Below are positions 28,035 through 35,745 of a stretch of 64,000 nucleotides of DNA, piece after piece. The stretch spans positions 1 through 64,000 of IMG/VR virus record IMGVR_UViG_3300020048_000056; one strand, 5' to 3'. Within the stretch, counting starts at the first letter, position 1, and each line of letters starts with the position of its first letter. Position numbers and translations under genes: made by a program. Origin of the DNA: a virus. The notes below the pieces were generated by a model. That model made no database searches. It worked only from the letters and a program-made list of their open reading frames with translations, and was not told where the DNA came from.

Positions 28035-28184
28035 TTAGACGAGGGAGAGGAGGTTGCCCTCCTCACCTACAGTCTCAACATCGAGAACGTGATTATGGAA
28101 GCAAGGGTGAACGGTAGGGTCACCATCGGTGACGATACGAGTAGTGGTCCCACGAGTGAGGTCTTTGACGAGGTAGATGGTCAT
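28035..28184 (-). CDS. hypothetical protein
   Basis: AAAGGA RBS before MTIYLVKD, downstream of TGTCAG promoter. Confidence 0.65.
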   Translation of the reverse strand: MTIYLVKDLTRGTTTRIVTDGDPTVHPCFHNHVLDVETVGEEGNLLSLV

Positions 28185-28231
28185 TTTATTTCCTTTGATT
28201 GTTTCTTTGAGTCTAGCAGAGGGGTCTGACA

Positions 28232-28414
28232 TTAGGAGCAGTGGCGCTGCCATGCATTCCAAGCAGCGATTTCGCAATGGATGCAACGGTTACAGTCATC
28301 GACGTTTCCAATGGTATGCGAGTACGCATTAGCCTGACGGATATCGGCAGGGATTGCAGCAAGGGCAATCTTTTCCATAGCGTAGCGCTGAGGGTAGGTA
28401 AGGGTCTGAGTCAT
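28232..28414 (-). CDS. hypothetical protein with CxxC
   Basis: AAGGA RBS, downstream of TGTCAG promoter. Confidence 0.7.
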   Translation of the reverse strand: MTQTLTYPQRYAMEKIALAAIPADIRQANAYSHTIGNVDDCNRCIHCEIAAWNAWQRHCS

Positions 28415-28498
28415 TGTATTTCCTTCGTTTCGGTTTATATTAGAAGTCTATCAGGAGGGTCTGACATTCATGGTCTGAGAATGCATACAAAACGGACA

Positions 28499-28672
28499 TG
28501 TGGATAACTTTCTTTTTGTGGTCTATATCACATGAGTTATACACAACTTATACACAGGACAAATAGTTATACACAAGTTATCAACATGTTATGCACAACT
28601 TTTCCACAAATTGGGCATGAAAATCCGCCATCTTAAATGATTATCTTAAACCTGTGGATAACCTGTGGATAA
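28499..28672. promoter_or_regulatory. cluster of nine DnaA boxes
   Basis: TTWTNCACA matches at 28499(-), 28537, 28548, 28567, 28578 (1 mismatch), 28589, 28600, 28653(-), 28664(-). Confidence 0.8.
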
Positions 28673-28758
28673 CGCGCCGGGGCCATTTTTTTCAAATAGT
28701 TGTTTAGTACCAACACTTTTCGGGGTACATGAAATAGTTGTTTATTAGCAATAACTTT

Positions 28759-29205
28759 TCAGTATTCCCAACCCTCTACAATAGTTGTTGGTATCAAACG
28801 ACTATTCCATAGTGCAATAACACTAGGGTTATCATCTACAGCATGTATAACATTCCAAGTATGCTCAATAGCATCTAGGATATCTTTCTTTACTTCATAG
28901 TCAGGACGATTGTCATTGTCCCCTCGCATAAACATTGCATCGCTTGGAATGTTGTTTAGTGCCAACCACATTGCGGTATGCCTTGCCCATCGTTGCCTAC
29001 GGGCGGTAACTATGATTACCGCATTACCTAGAACATGGGCCAATTGTGCATGATTAACAACATGGGGATTGCTAGGAACATTAACGCTTTCATTATGAAA
29101 TGCCTCAAAGTCTTTTCTATGATTCACGGGTATAAGGTGATGGCGTATAGAGGATACATTGGCTAATGTACCGTCCATATCGAATATGACTGCATTACGC
29201 TTCAT
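28759..29205 (-). CDS. HAD-superfamily phosphatase (PNKP phosphatase-like)
   Basis: FDMDGTL, VTAR, MR..D.RPD..VK, AVDDNP motifs. Confidence 0.9.
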   Translation of the reverse strand: MKRNAVIFDMDGTLANVSSIRHHLIPVNHRKDFEAFHNESVNVPSNPHVVNHAQLAHVLGNAVIIVTARRQRWARHTAMWLALNNIPSDAMFMRGDNDNRPDYEVKKDILDAIEHTWNVIHAVDDNPSVIALWNSRLIPTTIVEGWEY

Positions 29206-29455
29206 TGCCTACCGCATACTCTACTAGGAAAGCACTAACTAAGTAATTAGGTACATAGCGGTATACAAGAGTGTAGGAAGTTGTATCAGCAAGACTTCCA
29301 TCGTTATACCCTGCAAACTCAGCAAGGATATCCAATACCCACTTATTATCTTGGAAGAATGCCAATTCCATACAACCATCCACGGCCTCTGGGATCATAC
29401 TAATCTGATTGGCTAGGGGGTGAGAGATAGTTACTCTATTGGCTAGGAAAGACAT
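29195..29455 (-). CDS. hypothetical protein
   Basis: Operonic ORF. Confidence 0.6.
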   Translation of the reverse strand: MSFLANRVTISHPLANQISMIPEAVDGCMELAFFQDNKWVLDILAEFAGYNDGSLADTTSYTLVYRYVPNYLVSAFLVEYAVGNEA

Positions 29456-29673
29456 GATGACTCCACAATGCTAGTAACGATACCCTCATGGGCAGGGGTA
29501 TTACGTGCTATTAGTTCCGCATGATACATGCTATCGCATTGCATATCACTAATAGGGGTAGGGCTTGCTTGTGTTTCTATTGCTCCTACTACTGCCATAG
29601 CAGCAATGATAGCAAGGGTAGCCAAGATGCCTACCACTATACGGCCTAGGGGGGTAAGGTCAGTGTATGTCAT
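29443..29673 (-). CDS. small membrane protein
   Basis: N-terminal transmembrane helix. Confidence 0.65.
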   Translation of the reverse strand: MTYTDLTPLGRIVVGILATLAIIAAMAVVGAIETQASPTPISDMQCDSMYHAELIARNTPAHEGIVTSIVESSCLS

Positions 29674-30096
29674 GCCATCACGACATCTACAATGGTGAAG
29701 CCTTGCTCACTGCAAAGGTCAAAGGTCAAAGAGATAATAAAGGCGGCACGGTGATGATTGTGGCACTCATAGGTGTAAGACTGGTTGATACCCATGTTAT
29801 CTAGTACGGTGATTGAGAGGCTATTCATTGTGTATCTACTTTCTAGAGTGATGAGATTGAGTAATCAACGGACATGCCATGCTCAGCAAATACCGCGCTA
29901 TGGATACCGATAGCGGTCAATGCACCTTGCTCGCTCGCATACTCTCCAACGATGAAGGTACGGTGGGCCTTGGTGTAGGTTGCCTGAAACATTTTGTGTC
30001 CTTTGTTAGTGTGTGTTTCTTTATGTCTTTATTCTATATTAGATTATGTTGATATGTCAAGGTATAAGGTGTGAGGTACACCACACCCCCTGTATT

Positions 30097-30312
30097 TCAG
30101 GCCATTACCATTTCATCATTAGATAGGACTCTAAGGCTAGTGATATGGGCGATAAGCACACTCACGGGGTATGAGTAGAGGTTATCTTTTCCATAGGGGG
30201 TTACACCCGTGAGATACAAGTAACCGTCACGATCTTCTGTATAGAAGTCTTTCATGACGATCCAAGATCCGCCGCTATTCATGATTCTGTCAGTAGTGAT
30301 TTCGATAGTCAT
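30097..30312 (-). CDS. hypothetical protein
   Basis: Own TGTCAG promoter and CA-rich leader. Confidence 0.7.
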   Translation of the reverse strand: MTIEITTDRIMNSGGSWIVMKDFYTEDRDGYLYLTGVTPYGKDNLYSYPVSVLIAHITSLRVLSNDEMVMA

Positions 30313-30407
30313 TGTGTTTCTCTTTCTTAGTGTTTGTTTGTTTTGCTTTATATCTTTATTATAGTGGAGGGGTCTGACAATCTACCCCCATTATCGAGGG
30401 TATTTGG

Positions 30408-30596
30408 TTACAGTACGGTAACGGTATGGGAGATGTCAGGGTAGGTAGAGAACAGATCCTCTAAAGCGATAAGGCAATCGCTACATACATTGTTATTCAC
30501 TACCTTGCCATTCTGGAGGGTACGGTCAACGGATGCGATTGCAACGGAGGTACGGCCAAGGCAGAGAATGTGATTGCACTTAGTGATGACGTTCAT
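30408..30596 (-). CDS. hypothetical Zn-binding protein
   Basis: Own TGTCAG promoter, AAAGGA RBS. Confidence 0.7.
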   Translation of the reverse strand: MNVITKCNHILCLGRTSVAIASVDRTLQNGKVVNNNVCSDCLIALEDLFSTYPDISHTVTVL

Positions 30597-30700
30597 TGTG
30601 TTTCCTTTGTTAGTGTTTCTTTGTTTTGCTTATGTTCTTAGTCTAGCATGGGGGTCTGACATTCTGACCCACTATGAAGGGTATTTATGTAACGATTAGG

Positions 30701-30871
30701 TTACGACTCCCATGTCTCCCCTGTATAGGCTTCCCAATCAATGATACTCATGAGCCCCTTGTATTCATTGCATGATGCGCAGTAGGGGAGGGTAGTATCT
30801 TGATCACAGAATACACATACCATTATGTCCTCATCCTCAAGGATGCTAATCGGGATAAGTAGGGTAGTCAT
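30701..30871 (-). CDS. small zinc-ribbon protein
   Basis: VCVFC...YCASCNEYKGLM; AAAGG RBS; own TGTCAG promoter. Confidence 0.75.
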   Translation of the reverse strand: MTTLLIPISILEDEDIMVCVFCDQDTTLPYCASCNEYKGLMSIIDWEAYTGETWES

Positions 30872-31045
30872 TGTAGTGCCTTTCGTTGATTGCTTATATA
30901 GATAGTCTAGCGTAGGGGTCTGACAATTCGCAACTCCAATATCCGATATGTCCGAATTGTGAAATGTGATGTACCCCACAGGTGTGCGGACTATCCTATA
31001 TGTCCGTTTTGTCATATTTTGCGTACCGTACATCTAGACAATTTA

Positions 31046-31130
31046 TTAAACTTTTGTAATATATGAACCTATAAATAAAAATATATTAAACTTTGCACGA
31101 TATAAAAATATTTTAAACTTTGTAATATAT
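31046..31130 (+). repeat. three AT-rich direct repeats TTAAACTTT(T)GYAxxAT
   Basis: Copies at 31046, 31086, 31113 at the strand-divergence point. Confidence 0.65.
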
Positions 31131-31449
31131 AACATTTGTGTAACGGGGGGTACATATCTTATTAATGTCAAGTATTCTGTACATAGGTATGGTTAGTGTA
31201 AAGGATATGCTACATATAGATTGCGTCAGCAATGCTCTATACTAGACATGTGGAATATAAATATCCAGAACGTGTAAAAATTTGCGGGGGATGTCAATTT
31301 CTCTTGGATGACGTATGCCAGAAGGCTAACTTTCCTCTGGATGAATTTGTTAATCTTCGTCTGGCATATTGTCCTATGTTCAAATGGGGATAAATTGTTG
31401 TGGATGGAATAAGGTTAATAAAAATGAACAGCGACTTGATGGAGGAAAT

Positions 31450-31641
31450 ATGCGGCCAGTAAAACCATGGGATCTTCTTAATAAGGCCAATTGGACTATG
31501 GAAGAAGTACGAGCAAAGCGTTTAGAGATATGTGGGGAATGTCCTGAATTGAGCGCTATAAGAATGTGTAAGCAGTGTCATTGTTTTGTAGATGGTAAGA
31601 CTGCATTAGAGAATGCATACTGTCCTTTGCGTAAATGGTAA
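31450..31641 (+). CDS. Cys-rich protein (DUF6171-like)
   Basis: RLEIC..C....C..C.CF...K......CP..KW; GGAGG RBS. Confidence 0.75.
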   Translation: MRPVKPWDLLNKANWTMEEVRAKRLEICGECPELSAIRMCKQCHCFVDGKTALENAYCPLRKW

Positions 31642-31816
31642 CCGCCGCAGGCGATTAATGTTCTTACCCCTTTACTTTGTGCCGCCGCGTTGCGGTGAAT
31701 TGCGGCGTGTTAGCGCCGAACGTAAAGACATTATAGGGGGGTTAGTTCTACATTTCGCGCCGCGCTTTTAAGCATACTGATACAATACACAGTATGGTAG
31801 TTGAGGATAAAACATA

Positions 31817-32524
31817 ATGGGGGGAATGCTTTTAAATCCATACTTTGCATTAAGCCCATTCGTTACTGATGGACTTGTATTAAATCTTGATGCATCCAAT
31901 CTTTCTTCATATCCAGGCACAGGTTCCACTTGGTTTGATACTAGTGGGAATGGTAAGAATTATTCAATACCTGCAAATGCAACATGGAATCCTGCTGGAT
32001 ACTTCTCTATTACGGCGGGGACTAGTTTCTCAGGTCCATCATCTAACTCTTTTGGTTTTGGAAATGAAAATTATATTGAGGTTGTGGTTTCTCCCTCTGC
32101 AAATGGAGAGACTACTTTTTTTCAATGGGCAGCGACCCCATCTGTCGGTGTTGATCCTAGATCAATAAGTTCTCACCTTCCTTGGACCGATGGAAGTCTT
32201 TTTTATGATACATATGGATGCTGTGACGTTACCCAAAGAATATCTGTTGGTGGACAAGTGCCATTAAATCAAAAGAAGCATTATTCCTTTATTACAAGAA
32301 GAGCATATACCCCAAATAGAGAGGTATATAGAAATAATTCATCGATAGTCACATCTGGTACGAATAGTACTGGAACGTCTACTTGGAACTTAACTACTCC
32401 TTCCTATCTGGCAGGATCGTGGTCTGGAACTTTTTATTGTATCAGAGCGTATAACCGAGCATTAACCGATTCAGAAAGATTAAAAAACTATACTTATGAT
32501 CAAGTAAGATTTGGTTTAGTATGA
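31817..32524 (+). CDS. LamG/concanavalin-A-like domain virion protein
   Basis: VTDGLVLNLDA...SYPGTGSTWFD.SGNG and RAYNRALT..E...NY motifs. Confidence 0.8.
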   Translation: MGGMLLNPYFALSPFVTDGLVLNLDASNLSSYPGTGSTWFDTSGNGKNYSIPANATWNPAGYFSITAGTSFSGPSSNSFGFGNENYIEVVVSPSANGETTFFQWAATPSVGVDPRSISSHLPWTDGSLFYDTYGCCDVTQRISVGGQVPLNQKKHYSFITRRAYTPNREVYRNNSSIVTSGTNSTGTSTWNLTTPSYLAGSWSGTFYCIRAYNRALTDSERLKNYTYDQVRFGLV

Positions 32525-32591
32525 CATTGATTATCTTCGTTCTTAAATAATAGTTTTATTTAAAACTACTATTCGGTGGTATACTTTTTAC

Positions 32592-33110
32592 ATGGCAATG
32601 CTTTTCCCAACTAGCCCCACGATAGGTGAATCTTTTATCAATGGGAGCAAGATATGGATTTGGGATGGGGCATCTTGGTCACAGTCTGGCAGTTATGCAA
32701 ACTATACTCACGCTACAACTCATAGCGCTGGAGGCGTAGATGCTATAACTGTTGCACAGAGCCAAGTAACTGATCTTGATACTACTTTGGCGACAAAGTT
32801 AACCTCTAGTTCATCACAGGTTATTACTTTTTGTACCTCTGCTACCCGCCCTGATACTCCTGTAGATGGGCAAATGATTTATGAAACAGATACCGATAGG
32901 TATTATGGATGGAAAACTTCTTTTTGGGCTAGCATTGGTGGAGGTGCTACTGGTGGGGGAAACGATGACGTATTTTATGAAAATAGTCAAACAGTAACTG
33001 CTAGTTATACAATTTCTACTAATAAGAACGCAATAACTGCTGGACCAGTAACGATTGCTAATGGAGTTACTTTAACAATTCCAACGGGATCTATTTGGGT
33101 TGTGGTGTAA
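32592..33110 (+). CDS. tail fibre-related protein
   Basis: FP.SP..G..W.WDG..W; TSATRP...GQMIYETDT; GGATGGG.D.VFYEN...AGPVTI motifs. Confidence 0.7.
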   Translation: MAMLFPTSPTIGESFINGSKIWIWDGASWSQSGSYANYTHATTHSAGGVDAITVAQSQVTDLDTTLATKLTSSSSQVITFCTSATRPDTPVDGQMIYETDTDRYYGWKTSFWASIGGGATGGGNDDVFYENSQTVTASYTISTNKNAITAGPVTIANGVTLTIPTGSIWVVV

Positions 33111-33670
33111 TGGGTAATATAAGACTTTATGGATCTACATCTGGATATACGGAGATTGCTCCCCCTGCCGTTGGATTAAACAATACTTTAACCTTACCTA
33201 CCGATTCTTTACAGTCAGGACTCGTGCTGATCACCACGCAGGCTTTCAGCGCGGTGTCGGCAGTGGCGATCAATTCGTGTTTCACCAGCACTTATGACAA
33301 TTACCGGATTGTTGCCCGGCTGAAGGGTTCGACAGCCTCGCAAGCACTCACTTGGAGGTTCCGTGCAGCAGGAGCGGATATTTACACCGCGTCCTACTAC
33401 TACAACCGCGGAGGCACGTACACGAATTCGGCAGGTTATGCCGTCCTAGGTGTTATTGGGGATGCGTCAAATTGGGGTGTTTGGACCGCTGACATGAACT
33501 TTGCCACACCACAAAGCCTTGTCGCTCTGTCCGGCGCATACACGAATGGGAACGTCTCCCAAGAATTGTGCAGCCTGTCATACAACGGTGCCACGCCAGA
33601 TGGTTTCGACGCCTACCCGTCCACCGGCAACATGACCGGCACCATCAGCATCTACGGCTACAGGAACTAG
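33110..33670 (+). CDS. tail fibre tip/receptor-binding-like protein
   Basis: GLVLITTQAFS...CFTSTYDNYRI...GTISIYGY; paralog of 34390..34995. Confidence 0.65.
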   Translation: MGNIRLYGSTSGYTEIAPPAVGLNNTLTLPTDSLQSGLVLITTQAFSAVSAVAINSCFTSTYDNYRIVARLKGSTASQALTWRFRAAGADIYTASYYYNRGGTYTNSAGYAVLGVIGDASNWGVWTADMNFATPQSLVALSGAYTNGNVSQELCSLSYNGATPDGFDAYPSTGNMTGTISIYGYRN

Positions 33671-33684
33671 GGTATAATAAAACT

Positions 33685-33912
33685 ATGGCAGACATAATTG
33701 AAATAGATGCTTCTACAGGAGAGGTAATTCATCGTGATTTCACTGACACTGAACTTACTCAACGCGCACTTGACTTTGAGGCCGCTACAATAGCACAGAT
33801 TGCCGCTGATGAGGCCGCTGCATTAGCAATTGCGAATCGTGAGTCTGCTGTTTCCAAGTTGGCTGCACTCGGTTTGACTGCGGACGAGATCGCTGCACTG
33901 GGCGGTCGATGA
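33685..33912 (+). CDS. fibre chaperone-like small protein
   Basis: Leaderless TATAAT-N6-ATG; KLAALGLTADEIAAL motif. Confidence 0.7.
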   Translation: MADIIEIDASTGEVIHRDFTDTELTQRALDFEAATIAQIAADEAAALAIANRESAVSKLAALGLTADEIAALGGR

Positions 33913-34352
33913 TGCCAATTATCCTTGATGGCACCGACAGTATTGGTGATCTTGGTGATGCACTAGCAGCCAAGTTCACTACCCCCACCGCTTGGACGAC
34001 ATACACGCCAGCAACGACGGGGATGGCTCTCGGGAACGCATCCGTGAGCGCAAGTTACACGCAAATTGGGAAAACGGTCCATGTGCAGGTCTTCATAAAA
34101 TTTGGATCTACAACAACGCTTGGTACTGATCCCAATATTGGTCTTCCTATTGCCGCAAGAGATATGGAGTTGACTACTGGAACTGCAATTTACGTAGACG
34201 TATCAGCAAACTCCGCGAAATACATGGGTGCGTGGCGTTACGGATACCTAACTCGTGAGGGTGGACCATGGGGTCAAGCCGGGGCGAGCAGCCCGTTCAT
34301 CTGGGCGGTTAACGACATTATCCTGCTGTCCCTGACTTACGAGGCGGCATGA
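33909..34352 (+). CDS. tail fibre tip-like protein
   Basis: WTTYTP...GNA..SASYTQIGKTV...LP...TYEAA pattern. Confidence 0.7.
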   Translation: MMPIILDGTDSIGDLGDALAAKFTTPTAWTTYTPATTGMALGNASVSASYTQIGKTVHVQVFIKFGSTTTLGTDPNIGLPIAARDMELTTGTAIYVDVSANSAKYMGAWRYGYLTREGGPWGQAGASSPFIWAVNDIILLSLTYEAA

Positions 34353-34389
34353 TGACTGAACCGATGCGCGGCACTGAGATGAGGAACGC

Positions 34390-34995
34390 ATGAGCACTTT
34401 AAAAACCACAAACTTACAACACCCATCTTCTTCCATTAATAATATTACAATGTCTTCTACAGGTGCCACGGCAATTAATGGAACAATGATTGGTGCTGGA
34501 TTAGATTTAATCACAACGCAGTCTTTCAGCACGGTGGCGGCGGTGATCCTTGACAATTGCTTTTCATATACGTATCGGAATTACAAGGTGCTCCTAACTG
34601 TTGACGGCGTTACTGCTAGCAGTTGGATGCGTGGACGTTTGCGAATTGGTGGGACTGGCCCAGCGACCAATGACTATGAGAAGGCAGGGTTCCAGATGAA
34701 TGCATCTGGGGGGTACTCGGCGTATACCACGCTGACTGGTCCGCAGATGGATCTATTTAGTTCAGACGCTGGGTATGTCCCACTCACTGCGGAGATCACG
34801 TTCTTTAACCCTCAACGGGGCGGTCAAACTCGTATGCAATGGATCGCGTCGGGAGCCCTATCAGGAACATCTGGAACCATCACATATTTGAATACAACTA
34901 GATACGCATTGGCGACTCAGTTCGATGGTTGGTCCTTCTGGCCGGACTTTGGAACGATGAGTGGCTCAGTTTCCGTCTACGGCTACAAGAAATAA
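34390..34995 (+). CDS. tail fibre tip/receptor-binding-like protein
   Basis: MSTLKTTNLQH N-terminus; GLDLITTQSFS...SVYGYKK. Confidence 0.65.
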   Translation: MSTLKTTNLQHPSSSINNITMSSTGATAINGTMIGAGLDLITTQSFSTVAAVILDNCFSYTYRNYKVLLTVDGVTASSWMRGRLRIGGTGPATNDYEKAGFQMNASGGYSAYTTLTGPQMDLFSSDAGYVPLTAEITFFNPQRGGQTRMQWIASGALSGTSGTITYLNTTRYALATQFDGWSFWPDFGTMSGSVSVYGYKK

Positions 34996-35060
34996 CATAT
35001 ACCTACATATCAAACATAAACTTTGGTATAATAGATAGGTAAGTAAAAAAGGAGATTAAT

Positions 35061-35294
35061 ATGACAACAAACTTTAAAGCAATACTTAAATCATGGACAA
35101 ACGTTTTTGTAGCAGCCGTTATTACCGCTGTTATTGTTTCAATAGGAGATGGACAACTTACTGCTAATGACCTTTGGTATGTACTTATTGCTGGTGCCGT
35201 CGCCGTTCTACCTGTAATCAAGAATTACTTTGATTCTCAAGATCCTCGTTATGGTAAAGGATCGGATGCAACAGCAGTAGACGCTTCAAAGTAA
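35061..35294 (+). CDS. probable holin
   Basis: 77 aa, two TM helices, D.RYGKG tail; AAGGAG RBS. Confidence 0.6.
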   Translation: MTTNFKAILKSWTNVFVAAVITAVIVSIGDGQLTANDLWYVLIAGAVAVLPVIKNYFDSQDPRYGKGSDATAVDASK

Positions 35295-35295
35295 C

Positions 35296-35745
35296 ATGAA
35301 TAAGATCAAAGGGGTGATTAAAACCACTACTCATGATCGTCCCTTTGATTTCTATGTTGCAGCGTTACTCTTTTTTGCGGGTCTATACGGAATAATAGAC
35401 GATTCTTGGCCAGAAAGTATTGGCGTAGACCTAGCATCAACTATAATTGTTATCATATCGTTATATTTGATGTTTTCTGGTTTAGTTATCATGCTTGCAT
35501 TAGGATGTAATCGTAAAAAGTATCCAGTTATATCCCTTATTGCTGAAATGTACGGATGGCTTTTTGTTTCTTCAGCAAGTCTTGCCATTATCATAACTGA
35601 AATTGCTGCTATGACAGTTTTTGAGCCAAGGTCATGGTGGACTTGGGCAATTATTGTAGGTGTTTGGGGTGGGTTACTTGTCTCTAGCCTATTAAGATTC
35701 ATTGATCTATTTATCATCCATAGAGGACTATACAAAAATGGATAG
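35296..35745 (+). CDS. four-TM membrane protein (lysis-cassette-like)
   Basis: Four hydrophobic helices. Confidence 0.7.
   Translation: MNKIKGVIKTTTHDRPFDFYVAALLFFAGLYGIIDDSWPESIGVDLASTIIVIISLYLMFSGLVIMLALGCNRKKYPVISLIAEMYGWLFVSSASLAIIITEIAAMTVFEPRSWWTWAIIVGVWGGLLVSSLLRFIDLFIIHRGLYKNG

Larger units (their letters stand above)
16862..28684 (+). repeat. dispersed co-oriented intergenic repeat CTTAA-(N5-8-CTTAA)-N25-35-CCGGCC, 8 copies
   Basis: CCGG at 16898, 17538, 21452, 22816, 24623, 26735, 27084, 28677, each preceded by CTTAA box(es). Confidence 0.8.
21463..28806. repeat. 26-27-bp imperfect palindrome AAAAGTYGTTGGTAYYAAACRACTWTT, 8 copies
   Basis: 21463, 21549, 24641, 27102, 27178, 28695, 28733, 28780. 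Confidence 0.75.
28012..30925 (-). promoter_or_regulatory. six TGTCAG-N10-TANNNT promoters (PafBC/RecA-NDp-type)
   Basis: 28033-28012, 28231-28210, 28466-28445, 30379-30358, 30661-30640, 30925-30904; all TGTCAGACCC with exact 10-nt spacer. Confidence 0.8.

Noticed and set aside
16862-28806. Dispersed repeats as a CRISPR array or integron attC cassettes
   Set aside because: Copies are degenerate and 0.3-4 kb apart, there is no consistent RYYYAAC/GTTRRRY pairing, and no cas or integrase gene is in the window.
30689-30705. GTAAC-N6-GTTAC as a GlnR/MtrA box
   Set aside because: Single short match overlapping a stop codon; not distinguishable from chance.
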